A stretch of 64,000 nucleotides of DNA, taken from assembly GCA_047174185.1 (NCBI GenBank), contig JBCQUH010000004.1:2656-66655 (forward strand), given 5' to 3'. Origin of the DNA: Rikenellaceae bacterium (GTDB lineage: Bacteria > Bacteroidota > Bacteroidia > Bacteroidales > Rikenellaceae). Shown here one piece after another: positions 1-11,258 of this stretch (positions within the stretch are counted from its first letter, which is position 1; every line of letters begins with the position of its first letter). The position numbers and the translations under genes were made by a program. Below the pieces are notes generated by a model, which had not been told where the DNA came from, did no database searches, and saw only the letters and a program-made list of their open reading frames with translations.

Positions 1-2395
1 TGAAATCTTCAGACTCTTTATACATCTCAAAAAATTCAGCACACTTCTCGGGATTGCTATGTATCACCGTAGAGTCGATAACAAAATTATACTTCGACGT
101 ATCGGCTTGAACAGTATTTGTACTAGCATCAAAAGAGTAGCCCAAACCCACATTCAAACTCTCACCCTCCAAAGGCATCGAGGCACACCTGTCCGACTCG
201 TCGATACCCGTGCGCTGATCATCCATCGTCGCAACATAACCAACCGTGCCGTAAGGCATCTTGTTGTGATACAACAACTCATTAGTTGCGGTGGATACAT
301 ACTTTACATCATCGTTATAACTGCTCCAAACCAAGGAGCGTCGAAGATCCTCATCGCAGTAGAAGTCCAAGAATCTATCCATCGACGAATATGTTCTATT
401 GGCCGCCTGATCTAGTATTGTAAATTTAAACAGATCGAAAAATGGACTGTAATTACCACGATTGAAATATCGAGTAGAGATTGTCGGATAGCACCCCTCT
501 TGTTTCACACGACACTCTACGCCCAGTTCACTCTCAAAATAGTCGTAGGCGCGTTCATCGGGGCGATATTCACTATCGATGATAAAAAATCCACTACTCA
601 TTTTATCTTTGTCGTCACTCTCGCCCATGAGATTTAGATTCATTCCGACATTGATATCTCCATATAGATCGCCAATATTGACATTGAAGCGATTGTCCGC
701 CCCCTTTATTTTGCGCGACAACATTTTAGTTGCAATATTATATGGATCTATTGTCATATCCGATCTATACGAAGATGGCCTATCGTAGACATATGCAAGA
801 TTCATCACAATTAGATCTATATGGCTCTACGTTTCGCGACGGTACATCTACCCACCGCCCCTCGTAGAAAGGTATTATACGAGTATTAAAATAACTAGAT
901 GACATGTCAAACGCCTTAACATACTCATAGTCTCCGAAAGAGTCATTCTCCCTATAACGCTCGTCCCAATATTGTTTAAACACTCGACCATACAGCGTTA
1001 GACTCTTCTCATATTTAAATAACATCTCGCTCGAGGTATTTTCGGTCATATCATCCCATTTGTAGCGACTCCAACCGTAAACCATCATTACAAGGTCGAG
1101 ATTGCGCGCGCGCTCCTCGTCCTCAGCCTCGAAGTAGTAATTTGCATTGGGGATATACCCTCTCACCTCCGAGCTTAGAAGAAGGCTCGTGTAGATATTG
1201 TTTGAAGCGGTGCCCAACGCCCCATCATCGTCGCATACCGACAACGAGAAGTTGGTAGCAACGCCTTCCCCCTCGTCATTCAAGACCCTAAACGCAAGCT
1301 CTTGACGAGCATGAGGGGCAGAGTCGCCACTTCGCTGCGCCTCGATCGATAGTTGCGGTTGAGATCCATTCTTAACATATATTAGTCGCGAGGCCAGCTC
1401 TTGACCGCTGTTACTATCGTACAACACAATTTGGTTAACTCCCTCGCAGAGGTTGCTCTTGGGGATGGTTAGGCTTCGACTCTTGGTCACTCGCTTCACA
1501 AACGACACCTCGCCACGGCTAATTATTGCCACTCCAATAGCTCTCGAATATGCCGAAGATATCGAGATCTCGACACTCTTGCTATCAGCCAGATTTTCGA
1601 CCGACAGCACGCAACCTGTCTTGAGCGGTTGCGGTAGTTCGTATTGTGTCTCGTCGCCATCGATCACCATATAGTATTGATTCATGGTCGCAACGATGTC
1701 AAATAGGCCAATGCCGAGATGTGTAGATCTAACATCGGCCACAACCCCCTTACGATCATAAATCTTACCACTAACCTCGATCGGTTCGCCATTTTGATCT
1801 TTAACCTGAAATGCTACGGTAGACCACAGCCCCATCACCATATCTCCACCCTCGGGATAGAATGTTACGCTATACTCGGGCAACCCATCTATAAATCGCG
1901 TTATTTTACTCTGCTCTCTCTTTGATTGACTCTTTGTCGGATACCCCACGGTGCGCAGGCGGTCGAGGATCTCGGAGGATTGCTGCGTCCCCTCAAAATG
2001 GGGAATACGCGTGTGAAGTAGTTTTGGTCGCCGAAGTTGAGCATCGCTTTGGTGTAGGCACGTATCTCGAAAAATCCCGACAATAGCTCCTTATCTAGCT
2101 TTATCGAACCAGCGCACTTGCCACCCTCTAGGCGATACTTTTGCGTGCGGACGACGACACCCTCGGGGTTGAGCAGTTCGACATGCAGGATCGTGCTCTC
2201 CTCAGTCGGTTTGTTCTGCGAAGCGTTGACCGCATAGGCCTTGAACCACAGCATATCCTCCACAAAGTATGATCTATTATCCATATGCAGATAGACCTTT
2301 TCGAGAGGATTGGCCGCAATAAACTGCTCCGCAACCGTCGCATAGCCACTCAACGAGTTGCCATTGGCAAAAGAGCCGACCGTAGCACCAACCAC
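1..2395 (-). pseudogene. MG2 / alpha-2-macroglobulin-fold large surface protein (Bacteroidota family), split into three frame segments; runs off the left edge
   Basis: Three consecutive minus-strand open pieces: 2395-1901 (GTG start), 1949-780, and an unlisted open frame 757-1 that I translated by hand (MTIDPYNIATKMLSRKIKGADNRF...). Family motifs are present: YLHMDNRSYFVEDMLWFKAY, ELLNPEGVVV, FEIRAYTKAMLNFG, TFYPEGGDMVMGL. Codon phase goes 1 -> 2 -> 1, with junctions near 1990-2003 and 815-826. Confidence 0.55.
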
Positions 2396-2459
2396 GATCA
2401 GCAGCGATGCAACTTTGCATGTCGGTTTGTCCCCATTTTAGTTCTATGCGTAAGCGACT

Positions 2460-3722
2460 TTACACCAGCAACTCGAACAAATCGGGTTGGTCGTTGAGAT
2501 ACTCATACTTGATACCGTTACTCTCCATACGCGACACCAGACCATCGAAATCGCTGCGACGCTGCAACTCAATACCGATCAACGCTGGACCCTTTTCGCG
2601 CGCAATCTTCTTCTTATACTCAAAGAATGTGATATCGTCGTCTGACCCCAACACATCGCTCACGAAGTCACGCAACGCACCTGCTCGCTGAGGAAAACGA
2701 ACTATGAAATAGTGTTTCAAACCCTCAAACAGCAGCGAACGCTCCTTGATCTCCTCGTTACGCGTGATGTCGTTGTTACCGCCACTCACGATCGAGACTA
2801 CGCACTTACCTGCGATCTTATCCTTGTAAAGCCCCAATGCAGCGATGCTCAATGCACCTGCTGGCTCCACGACGATCGCCTCGCGATTGTACATATCCAA
2901 AATCGTCGTACAGATCATACCCTCTGGAACAGAGATTATATCATCTAATACCTGACGGCCAATCTCGAAGGTCAAATCACCAACTCGCTTAACCGAAGCT
3001 CCGTCGACAAACTTATCGACCTCGTCCAACGTAACCACTCGACCAGCCTCCATCGAAGCCCTCATCGAGGCGGCACCCGCAGGTTCAACACCGATAATCT
3101 TGGTGCGAGGCGAGATCTGCTTGAAGTAAGAACCCAAACCCGACAACAATCCACCTCCGCCAATCGGCACAAACAGATAGTCGATCGAACGATCCGAATC
3201 CTCGACAATCTCGACACCCACCGTCGCCTGACCCTCGATAATACGCTCATCGTCGAAGGGGTGAACAAACGACATATTGTGCTCCTCGCAGTAGGCCTGA
3301 GCCTGAGCTGCCGAGGCATCGAATGTATCGCCTGTCAAGATAATCTCAATCGAGCCATTACCAAATGTCTCTACCTGACGCACCTTCTGCTTTGGCGTGG
3401 TAACAGGCATGAAAATAGCCCCACGGATCCCCAACTTATTGCACGAAAAGGCAACACCCTGAGCATGATTTCCTGCACTTGCACAAACCACTCCGCGCGA
3501 ACGCTCATCGGCACTCAACGACAAAATCTTGTTATACGCACCGCGCAACTTATAGGAGCGCACAACCTGCAGATCCTCGCGCTTGAGGCGAACATCGGCA
3601 TCGTAGAGACGGCTCAAAAAGTCGCTATGCATTAGAGCAGTGTGGTTGACACACCCTCTAATGCGTTGACGAGCTTCGATAATATCAGTGAGCGAGGGAA
3701 AGTAACCCATCTTCTCAGACAT
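2460..3722 (-). CDS. ilvA: threonine ammonia-lyase (biosynthetic threonine dehydratase, short form with one ACT-like domain)
   Basis: 420 aa with the PLP-lysine motif SYKLRGAYNK and a C-terminal regulatory domain. Last gene of the ilv cluster. Confidence 0.9.
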   Translation of the reverse strand: MSEKMGYFPSLTDIIEARQRIRGCVNHTALMHSDFLSRLYDADVRLKREDLQVVRSYKLRGAYNKILSLSADERSRGVVCASAGNHAQGVAFSCNKLGIRGAIFMPVTTPKQKVRQVETFGNGSIEIILTGDTFDASAAQAQAYCEEHNMSFVHPFDDERIIEGQATVGVEIVEDSDRSIDYLFVPIGGGGLLSGLGSYFKQISPRTKIIGVEPAGAASMRASMEAGRVVTLDEVDKFVDGASVKRVGDLTFEIGRQVLDDIISVPEGMICTTILDMYNREAIVVEPAGALSIAALGLYKDKIAGKCVVSIVSGGNNDITRNEEIKERSLLFEGLKHYFIVRFPQRAGALRDFVSDVLGSDDDITFFEYKKKIAREKGPALIGIELQRRSDFDGLVSRMESNGIKYEYLNDQPDLFELLV

Positions 3723-3743
3723 CTTTAATTAATTATTCTCTGA

Positions 3744-4790
3744 TTAGTTATTCTCAGGACGCAAGCTGCGAACAGTCTCACCAGCACGCCACATCTCTGA
3801 CTCGCGCAACTCCTTAAGCTCTGCCTCCAACTTCTCACGATAGTCAACCTTTGAGTTGGTATCGATAGAACGCTGTGCCTCGTTGCCACAAGCTACCTCA
3901 GAATACAACTTCTCGAAAACTGGTTTCGTAGCGTCACGGAAAGGCTTCCACCAATCCAACGCTCCGCGCTGTGCAGTAGTCGATGTGTTAGCATACATCC
4001 AATCCATACCATTCTCTGCTACAAGTGGCATCAACGACTGTGTAAGCTCCTCAACTGTCTCGTTGAAAGCCTCTGATGGTGAGTGACCATTCTCGCGAAG
4101 AACCTCATACTGAGCTGCAAAGACTCCCTGAATACATCCCATCAATGAACCACGCTCTCCTGTAAGGTCAGAGTAAACCTCCTTCTTGAATGTTGTCTCG
4201 AACAAATAGCCCGAACCAACACCGATTCCCAACGCAACAACGCGATCCTGAGCACGTCCTGTAGCATCCTGGAAGATAGCGTACGAAGAGTTCAAACCAC
4301 GACCTGCAACAAACATACGACGAAGCGATGTTCCAGAACCCTTAGGAGCAACCAAAATAACATCTACATCTGCTGGAGGAACGATACCTGTACGCTCCTT
4401 ATATGTGATACCAAATCCGTGTGAGAAGTACAACGCCTTACCAGGTGTCAACGACTTCTTAACGGTTGGCCATGCATCGATCTGACCAGCATCCGACAAC
4501 AAGAACTGAATGATTGTAGCGCGCTCGCAAGCCTCCTCAATCTCGAAAAGTGTCTCTCCTGGAACCCAGCCATCCTCTACAGCCTTATCCCATGAACGAC
4601 CACCCTTGCGCTGACCAACGATAACGTTGATTCCGTTGTCGCGTAGGTTCATCGACTGGCCTGGGCCTTGAACTCCATAACCCAATACCGCTACTACCTC
4701 ATCCTTCAATACCTCTTGTGCCTTCGACAATGGGAACTCCTCACGTGTGATAACGTTCTCCTCTGTCGTACCAAAAATCATCTTTGCCAT
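3744..4790 (-). CDS. ilvC: ketol-acid reductoisomerase (class I)
   Basis: 348 aa with the NADP Rossmann motif LGYGVQGPGQSMNLRDNG and typical KARI C-terminal knot region. Sits in the ilv operon. Confidence 0.92.
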   Translation of the reverse strand: MAKMIFGTTEENVITREEFPLSKAQEVLKDEVVAVLGYGVQGPGQSMNLRDNGINVIVGQRKGGRSWDKAVEDGWVPGETLFEIEEACERATIIQFLLSDAGQIDAWPTVKKSLTPGKALYFSHGFGITYKERTGIVPPADVDVILVAPKGSGTSLRRMFVAGRGLNSSYAIFQDATGRAQDRVVALGIGVGSGYLFETTFKKEVYSDLTGERGSLMGCIQGVFAAQYEVLRENGHSPSEAFNETVEELTQSLMPLVAENGMDWMYANTSTTAQRGALDWWKPFRDATKPVFEKLYSEVACGNEAQRSIDTNSKVDYREKLEAELKELRESEMWRAGETVRSLRPENN

Positions 4791-4832
4791 AATTACTTGT
4801 CTATTATAAATAAATTAAAATTAAAAAATTCT

Positions 4833-5141
4833 CTACTCTATTAAAAACTCTGCCAACAACTCACGCTCCCTCTTGGGCGTAATCATCGACTGTGAATACT
4901 CCTCTGTGGTCTGAATCAAAGCCTTCAAAACCTCCACCTTCTTCTCGATCTGTTTGGCCACATTCTCAACCCTCTCGACATCGGCCGTCACATCGATTAT
5001 AAAACGGTGGATACCGCTAATCGACGAACGCTCCGTCTTAAGCATCTCGATATTCATATGCCTCGACGTAAAGACTGTCGTTATGAGACCCAACACTCCT
5101 GCGTGGTTCTCCGAAAATACAGTTAACGTATACTTTGCCAT
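4833..5141 (-). CDS. ilvN: acetolactate synthase small (regulatory) subunit, short ACT-only form
   Basis: 102 aa with an ACT-domain N-terminus (YTLTVFSENHAGVLGLITTVFTSRHMNIE). Lies 6 nt downstream of ilvB. Confidence 0.8.
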   Translation of the reverse strand: MAKYTLTVFSENHAGVLGLITTVFTSRHMNIEMLKTERSSISGIHRFIIDVTADVERVENVAKQIEKKVEVLKALIQTTEEYSQSMITPKRERELLAEFLIE

Positions 5142-5147
5142 AACTCA

Positions 5148-6917
5148 CTATTTTTTATACTGCTCGTTAATTCTCCCCTTGCAACCTGGGCACTTCGACC
5201 CAGCCTCGACACCGTCGCTCAACATAATGTCGACCAACGACTTACCTGGGGCAACCATCGGCAACACATTATCATTACACTTAACCTTGACCTCCAACAG
5301 ATATGCACCCTCGCTACTCTTCATCTGCTCTACCGCAGCCGCCAAATCCTCGCGCTTATCGCAGAAGCCATAGCCCACGCCATTGGCCTCGGCAATGAGT
5401 CCAAAGTTAGGGTTCAACATCGGCGTAAACGAATACCTATTATTAAAGAAGAGCTGCTGCCACTGGCGCACCATGCCCAAATAGTTATTATTAATCAACA
5501 CGATCTTGACATCTACCCTCTCCTGCATGATCGTTGCCAACTCCTGAATATTCATCTGAATACCTCCGTCGCCAACAAACAACACTACATCGCGATGCGC
5601 AGCTCCGATCTTCGCGCCAATAGCCGCAGGCAGACCAAAGCCCATCGTACCCAAACCTCCAGAGGTGATCAACGATCGACTCCTCTTGAAGCTCGTATAT
5701 CGAGCAGCAACCATCTGGTGCTGACCAACATCCGTAACCGTAATATTCTCGCCATTATAAGCGGCATCGACCGCCTGAACAGCCTGATGCAGGTGGATCT
5801 CACCACATCCATCACCCTCGACCGACTCCACAACAAGGCGATTCTCCTCTTGATTATAGATCTTCAAACGCTCCATCCACTCCGAGTGGTCACGCTCCAC
5901 GATCAACCCCACCAAGCTCTCCAACACACTCTTAGCATCACCCACAACGCCAACCGTAGCGGTGATCACCTTGTCGATCTCTGCTGGGTCTATATCTATA
6001 TGGACAATCTTGGCATTGGCACCAAAGGTATCGGGGTTGCACGTCACGCGATCATCAAATCGCATACCTACAGCCACGATCAAATCACACTCGTGGTTGG
6101 TAATATTTGGCCCATAGTTACCATGCATACCGATCATTCCAACATAGTTAGGATCGCTAACATCCAATGCCGAGAGTCCCAAAAGAGTCGAGGCCGCAGG
6201 CATTCCGCTGCGTCGCAAGAACCTCTTAAAGACATCCTCCGCACCCGACAAGATGACACCTTGACCAAAGATCACAATTGGTCTCTTCGCCTTATCGATC
6301 AACTTCGCAGCCTTAGCGATCTTGACCGAGTCGGCTATCGGACGTGGCACATAGCTTCGAATTGGCGGACATGGTTTGAATCCAGCCCACTCTGCCAATC
6401 CATTCTGAGCATCCTTAGTCACATCGACCAACACAGGGCCTGGGCGACCACTCTGAGCGATATACATCGCCTTGGCGATAGCAGGCGCAAGCTCCTCGGC
6501 CTTGCGAACAAGGACATTCCACTTCGTGATAGGGTGAGTAACACCCACAATATTTATCTCCTGAAATGAATCAACACCCAAAATTGTCGACGGCACCTGA
6601 CCTGTGATAACTACCAACGGTGTTGAATCCAACATCGCATCAGCAATTCCCGTAACAGTATTCGTAGCACCTGGACCAGACGTTACAAAACAGACACCCG
6701 TACGACCCGTAGCACGTGCATAACCCTGAGCCGCATGAACAGCTGCCTGCTCATGGCGAACCAAGATATGACGTATCTGATCCGAATAGTCATACAACGC
6801 ATCATAGAGTGGCATGATCTGCCCCCCAGGATACCCAAAAACGGTATCAACCCCACACGCAACAAGCGAGTTGAGGATCACCCTCGTACCCGTAATTACA
6901 CTACCCTTCTTCTCCAT
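5148..6917 (-). CDS. ilvB: acetolactate synthase large subunit (ThDP-dependent)
   Basis: 589 aa with ThDP and FAD family motifs (GYPGGQIMPLYDAL, GDGGIQMNIQELAT). The C-terminal tail carries a CPGC motif. Confidence 0.92.
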   Translation of the reverse strand: MEKKGSVITGTRVILNSLVACGVDTVFGYPGGQIMPLYDALYDYSDQIRHILVRHEQAAVHAAQGYARATGRTGVCFVTSGPGATNTVTGIADAMLDSTPLVVITGQVPSTILGVDSFQEINIVGVTHPITKWNVLVRKAEELAPAIAKAMYIAQSGRPGPVLVDVTKDAQNGLAEWAGFKPCPPIRSYVPRPIADSVKIAKAAKLIDKAKRPIVIFGQGVILSGAEDVFKRFLRRSGMPAASTLLGLSALDVSDPNYVGMIGMHGNYGPNITNHECDLIVAVGMRFDDRVTCNPDTFGANAKIVHIDIDPAEIDKVITATVGVVGDAKSVLESLVGLIVERDHSEWMERLKIYNQEENRLVVESVEGDGCGEIHLHQAVQAVDAAYNGENITVTDVGQHQMVAARYTSFKRSRSLITSGGLGTMGFGLPAAIGAKIGAAHRDVVLFVGDGGIQMNIQELATIMQERVDVKIVLINNNYLGMVRQWQQLFFNNRYSFTPMLNPNFGLIAEANGVGYGFCDKREDLAAAVEQMKSSEGAYLLEVKVKCNDNVLPMVAPGKSLVDIMLSDGVEAGSKCPGCKGRINEQYKK

Positions 6918-6928
6918 ATTATCTACAA

Positions 6929-8740
6929 TTACTCATTAAGAATACGAATCGCACCCAAATCGGCCGACGATACATTCTGTGCATAGAATTTCAACGATTT
7001 CGACACCTCGCGGTTGCGACTCTTAGGCTTATACACACCATTCAACGCTGCCATACGCTCAGCAATCTCCTCGTCGCTAACCAACAGATCCAACGTTCTA
7101 TTTGGAATATCGATCAAAATCTTATCATCATCCTCGACAATTGCGATCTGACCGCCCGACGCAGCCTCAGGTGAGACGTGACCAATCGACAAACCCGACG
7201 TACCGCCCGAGAAGCGTCCATCGGTGATCAAGGCACAAGCCTTACCCAAATGCATCGACTTTAGATACGACGTTGGATACAACATCTCCTGCATACCTGG
7301 CCCACCCTTAGGACCCTCATAACGGATCACAACCACATCGCCTGCCGTAACCTTGCCGCCCAAGATTCCTGCCATAGCATCCTCCTGAGACTCAAACACA
7401 CGTGCCGTACCCTCAAAACGCAAGATCGACTCATCGACTCCTGCCGTCTTAACAATACATCCATTCTGCGCAATGTTTCCGAACAAAACAGCCAAACCGC
7501 CATCTTGACTATAAGCGCTCTCCACCGTACGGATGGCACCCTTCTCGCGATCTAAATCCAACTCGTCATAGTGGCTATCCTGAGAACCCAATACTAAGTT
7601 AAACTTGCCACCAGGTGCGCTCTTAAACCACTCATCAGTCGCTGGATTGGTGTAATCACAATATACTTTAAACAGCTCCTCGAAGCTCTCGCCCGTCACA
7701 TTGTGTGCCGTGCCATCGAACTTACCAGCCTTATACAACTCATTCAAGATCGCAATAACTCCTCCTGCGCGGTGAATATCCTCGATATGGTAGGCGATAG
7801 ATGGCGCAACCTTACACACAATAGGTGTCGTGCGCGAGATCTTATCCACATCGCTCATCGTAAACTCTACACCAGCCTCCGAAGCGATCGCCAACAGGTG
7901 CAACACCGTATTCGACGAACCACCCATAGCAATATCCAACGTCATAGCGTTGCGGAAGGCACTCTGCGTAGCAATATTACGTGGCAACACACTATCGTCA
8001 CCATCCTCATAATAGGCATAAGCCATCTCGACAATGCGCTTTGCAGCCTGCTCAAACAACCTCTTGCGGTTGGCATGCGTAGCAACAACAGTTCCATTGC
8101 CCGTCAACGCCATTCCCAAAGCCTCGGCCAAACAGTTCATCGAATTGGCTGTAAACATTCCCGAACAAGAGCCACACGTTGGACATGCACTACGCTCGAT
8201 ACGCTCGATCGTCTCGTCGCTCGTCGCAGGGTCGGCACTCTCGATCATTGCATCAATCAGATCCAACTTACGATCTCCATCGCGGCCAGCCTCCATCGCT
8301 CCACCCGAAACAAATATCGTAGGGATATTCAGACGCATCGATGCCATCATCATTCCTGGGGTGATCTTATCACAATTCGAGATACAAACCAATGCATCCA
8401 AACAGTGAGCATTGGCCATATACTCCACCGAGTCGGCAATTATATCGCGCGATGGCAGAGAGTACAACATTCCGCTATGACCCATCGCAATACCATCATC
8501 AATAGCAATCGTATTGAACTCACACGCAAAGCAACCCTGCTGCTCAATTAGAGACTTGACATACTGCCCAATCTCGTGCAGATGGGTATGACCTGGCACA
8601 GTCTGTGTAAATGAATTTACAATACCAATAATTGGTTTGCCAAAATGCTCCTCGCGCATTCCATTGGCGCGCCACAGACTGCGTGACCCCGCCATTAAAC
8701 GTCCCGATACGGATGTACTACTTCTTAATTTGTTTTTCAT
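6929..8740 (-). CDS. ilvD: dihydroxy-acid dehydratase
   Basis: 603 aa with IlvD/Edd motifs ([27 protein letters not shown]). First gene of the ilv operon. Confidence 0.93.
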   Translation of the reverse strand: MKNKLRSSTSVSGRLMAGSRSLWRANGMREEHFGKPIIGIVNSFTQTVPGHTHLHEIGQYVKSLIEQQGCFACEFNTIAIDDGIAMGHSGMLYSLPSRDIIADSVEYMANAHCLDALVCISNCDKITPGMMMASMRLNIPTIFVSGGAMEAGRDGDRKLDLIDAMIESADPATSDETIERIERSACPTCGSCSGMFTANSMNCLAEALGMALTGNGTVVATHANRKRLFEQAAKRIVEMAYAYYEDGDDSVLPRNIATQSAFRNAMTLDIAMGGSSNTVLHLLAIASEAGVEFTMSDVDKISRTTPIVCKVAPSIAYHIEDIHRAGGVIAILNELYKAGKFDGTAHNVTGESFEELFKVYCDYTNPATDEWFKSAPGGKFNLVLGSQDSHYDELDLDREKGAIRTVESAYSQDGGLAVLFGNIAQNGCIVKTAGVDESILRFEGTARVFESQEDAMAGILGGKVTAGDVVVIRYEGPKGGPGMQEMLYPTSYLKSMHLGKACALITDGRFSGGTSGLSIGHVSPEAASGGQIAIVEDDDKILIDIPNRTLDLLVSDEEIAERMAALNGVYKPKSRNREVSKSLKFYAQNVSSADLGAIRILNE

Positions 8741-8771
8741 TGCTAGCTCTTAATAACTACACATAAGGCGA

Positions 8772-8779
8772 CAAATGTA
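8772..8779 (-). promoter_or_regulatory. candidate Bacteroidota -7 box (TACATTTG) for the ilv operon
   Basis: The minus strand reads TACATTTG (TAnnTTTG consensus) about 32 nt upstream of the ilvD ATG. Confidence 0.4.
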
Positions 8780-8826
8780 CCTAAGTTTCCACAAATAAAC
8801 AAATATTTGCCCCACAATCTACAAAT

Positions 8827-8869
8827 AATTGGCACAATCAAAGCATCGCATGCCTCAATTGTGCCAATT
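8827..8869 (-). terminator. hairpin downstream of proA (12-bp perfect stem), probable terminator between the pro and ilv operons
   Basis: aattggcacaat (8827-8838) and attgtgccaatt (8858-8869) are exact reverse complements. On the minus strand the hairpin is followed by ATTTGTAGATTG. Confidence 0.5.
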
Positions 8870-8894
8870 TCACAAATATAATATTTACCTATAT

Positions 8895-10142
8895 TTAATC
8901 TCGAACCTGACCGTTACCCGTGATCAAATACTTATAGGTCGTCAACTCGGGTAGAGCCATCGGCCCTCGAGCGTGCAGCTTCTGTGTCGAGATACCAATC
9001 TCGGCTCCAAAACCAAACTGCCCTCCATCCGTAAAGGCAGTCGATACGTTGTGATAGACACACGCAGCATCGATCACACGCAAGAAGCGTTGGGCTGCGG
9101 CCATATCCTCCGTAACGATCGTCTCGCTGTGGTGAGAGGTATTTTGCGTAATATGAGCCATCGCCTCCTCTTGCCCCCTCACACACTTAATCGACATCTT
9201 GTAGTCCAAAAACTCCGTGCCATAACTATCCTCATCGGCCGCCTCCAACAGCTCCGACGGATAGCTCGCACTCAATACCCCATAGCTCAACTCATCGGCA
9301 TAGATCACCACACTCTTCTTGGCCAAATCGGCACATATCTCCGACAGATCGCCAACCCTCGACGCATCGATAACCAGACAATCCAACGCATTGCAGACAC
9401 TCACCCTACGCGTCTTGGCATTGGTCACTATCGCGCGCGCCTTCTCCACATCGGCACTCTGCTCGACATAGGTGTGGCAGATACCTGCCCCCGTCTCGAT
9501 AACTGGGATAGAGGCGTTGTGACGCACATAATTGATCAAAGACGAACTTCCGCGAGGAATCAACAGATCGACATAACCCTCGGCCGCCAACAGCTGTGCC
9601 GTAGCCTCGCGATCGGGGGGCAACAGCGTCACAACCCTCTCGTCGACACCCTCGGCACGCAACACCTCGCGAATAATCTCCACGATGGCGACATTCGAGT
9701 TGTGGGCATCGCTTCCGCCCTTGAGCACACACGCATTCGAACTCTTGAAACACAACCCAAAGACATCGAAACTAACATTAGGACGCGCCTCGTAAATCAC
9801 ACCGATAACACCGAACGGTACGCGAACCTTGCGTATCTCCATACCATTAGGGCGCTTCACATGGCTCAACTCCTCGGCAACAGGCGAATTGAGTGTCGAG
9901 ACCGAACGCAAATCATTGGCGATACCCTTGATACGATCCTCGGTCAACAACAACCTATCATACAACGGGTTCGACCGCTCCATACGGATCAAATCCATCT
10001 CATTGGCGCGCAATATACGCTCCGAATTAGCCTCCGCAGCATCGGCCAACGACTGCAACACAGCATCGATCTTCGACTGCTCCATGAGATTCAACACCCT
10101 CGAGGCCTCTAACGCCCCCTCAAAAAGTGGTTTCAAATCCAT
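8895..10142 (-). CDS. proA: glutamate-5-semialdehyde dehydrogenase (gamma-glutamyl phosphate reductase)
   Basis: 415 aa aldehyde-dehydrogenase fold with typical ProA motifs (VIGVIYEARPNV, NALDCLVI). Sits in proCBA order. Confidence 0.92.
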   Translation of the reverse strand: MDLKPLFEGALEASRVLNLMEQSKIDAVLQSLADAAEANSERILRANEMDLIRMERSNPLYDRLLLTEDRIKGIANDLRSVSTLNSPVAEELSHVKRPNGMEIRKVRVPFGVIGVIYEARPNVSFDVFGLCFKSSNACVLKGGSDAHNSNVAIVEIIREVLRAEGVDERVVTLLPPDREATAQLLAAEGYVDLLIPRGSSSLINYVRHNASIPVIETGAGICHTYVEQSADVEKARAIVTNAKTRRVSVCNALDCLVIDASRVGDLSEICADLAKKSVVIYADELSYGVLSASYPSELLEAADEDSYGTEFLDYKMSIKCVRGQEEAMAHITQNTSHHSETIVTEDMAAAQRFLRVIDAACVYHNVSTAFTDGGQFGFGAEIGISTQKLHARGPMALPELTTYKYLITGNGQVRD

Positions 10143-10155
10143 ATCCTTATACTTT

Positions 10156-11247
10156 TTACTCCAAATATAAATAATCGTAGTGAACTAACGCCTTCAACCC
10201 CTTTACACCCATACTCTCTCTTGCCGCTTCGCTATCCAAACTAACTCTACCCACACCAATCTCAACCCCCTCGGGCGAGACAATCTTCACGATATCATCC
10301 TTCTCAAAATCGCCATCTACTGCACTAACCCCCACAGGCAACAGACTCGTCGCCTCGGGTTGCATCAATGCTCGATAAGCTCCATCGTTGATATGCAGCG
10401 CCCCCTTGGCAAAGCCATCGCTATGGGCGATCCACTTCTTTACATCCGACATCGGTTTGTCCGATGGTGTGAAGCGAGTACAGACCAAATCTTTACCCTC
10501 TAAAATCAAATCACACAACACATCATCGCGCTTGCCATTGGCAATCACAACCTCGATCCCCTCGTCGGCAACCTTGCACGCAATGCGACACTTCGTCAAC
10601 ATTCCGCCACGGCCAAACTGCGACTTGGTGGTCGATATATATTGGCTCAAATCCTCGGCATCACCACTCACAACCCGAATAACCTCCGAGCTTGGATCCT
10701 TCGGATCGCCGCTATAGATGCCATCTATATTGCTCAAGATAAACAACCCATCGGCACCCATCATCGAGGCAACCATACCCGACAACTCATCGTTATCGGT
10801 AAACATCAACTCCGTAACCGAGATGGTATCATTCTCATTGATTATCGGCACAACACCATTCTCCAACATCACACTCATGCAGCGACGTTGGTTGAGGTAG
10901 TGACCTCTCGTCGACAACGACTCCTTAGTCGTCAACACCTGACCACACACGATATCGTACTCGCCAAACAGATCGTAATACCGATTTATCAACTTCGCCT
11001 GACCAACGGCCGAGAACAACTGACGTGCCGCCACTGCATCCAACCTCTTGACACGAGGCGTAATCTGGCTACGACCCGATGCCACAGCACCCGACGACAC
11101 AACAATAACCTCGACACCAGCCCTATACAACCGAGCAACCTGATCGGTCAACGCTGCGATACGATCCATATCCAACGTCCCCTCGGGCGTAGTCAACACA
11201 TTGCTGCCAATCTTTACTACTACACGCTTATACTCCCTTTGCGCCAT
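10156..11247 (-). CDS. proB: glutamate 5-kinase with C-terminal PUA domain
   Basis: 363 aa with amino-acid kinase motifs (VVKIGSNVLT, NENDTISV) and a PUA-like C-terminus. Confidence 0.92.
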   Translation of the reverse strand: MAQREYKRVVVKIGSNVLTTPEGTLDMDRIAALTDQVARLYRAGVEVIVVSSGAVASGRSQITPRVKRLDAVAARQLFSAVGQAKLINRYYDLFGEYDIVCGQVLTTKESLSTRGHYLNQRRCMSVMLENGVVPIINENDTISVTELMFTDNDELSGMVASMMGADGLFILSNIDGIYSGDPKDPSSEVIRVVSGDAEDLSQYISTTKSQFGRGGMLTKCRIACKVADEGIEVVIANGKRDDVLCDLILEGKDLVCTRFTPSDKPMSDVKKWIAHSDGFAKGALHINDGAYRALMQPEATSLLPVGVSAVDGDFEKDDIVKIVSPEGVEIGVGRVSLDSEAARESMGVKGLKALVHYDYLYLE

Positions 11248-11258
11248 ATTCTAATCCT

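Noticed and set aside
59-788. Plus-strand ORFs 59-415 and 579-788 at the left edge.
   Set aside because: They are antisense to the open minus-strand frame 757-1, which continues the MG2-family protein. They show no motifs and have odd composition.
5595-6569. Long ORFs antisense to well-supported genes. This one is 324 aa, opposite ilvB. Others of the same kind are 7703-8551, 8973-10112, 10642-11481, 12198-12998, 39681-40823, 40733-41635, 44651-45481, 45512-46321, 53433-54170, 56312-57472 and 62312-62917.
   Set aside because: Each lies entirely inside a gene on the other strand that has unmistakable family motifs. Their translations are R/H/L/Q/T-rich low-information strings with no motifs I recognise. 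Open antisense frames like these are expected from the codon bias of the real genes.
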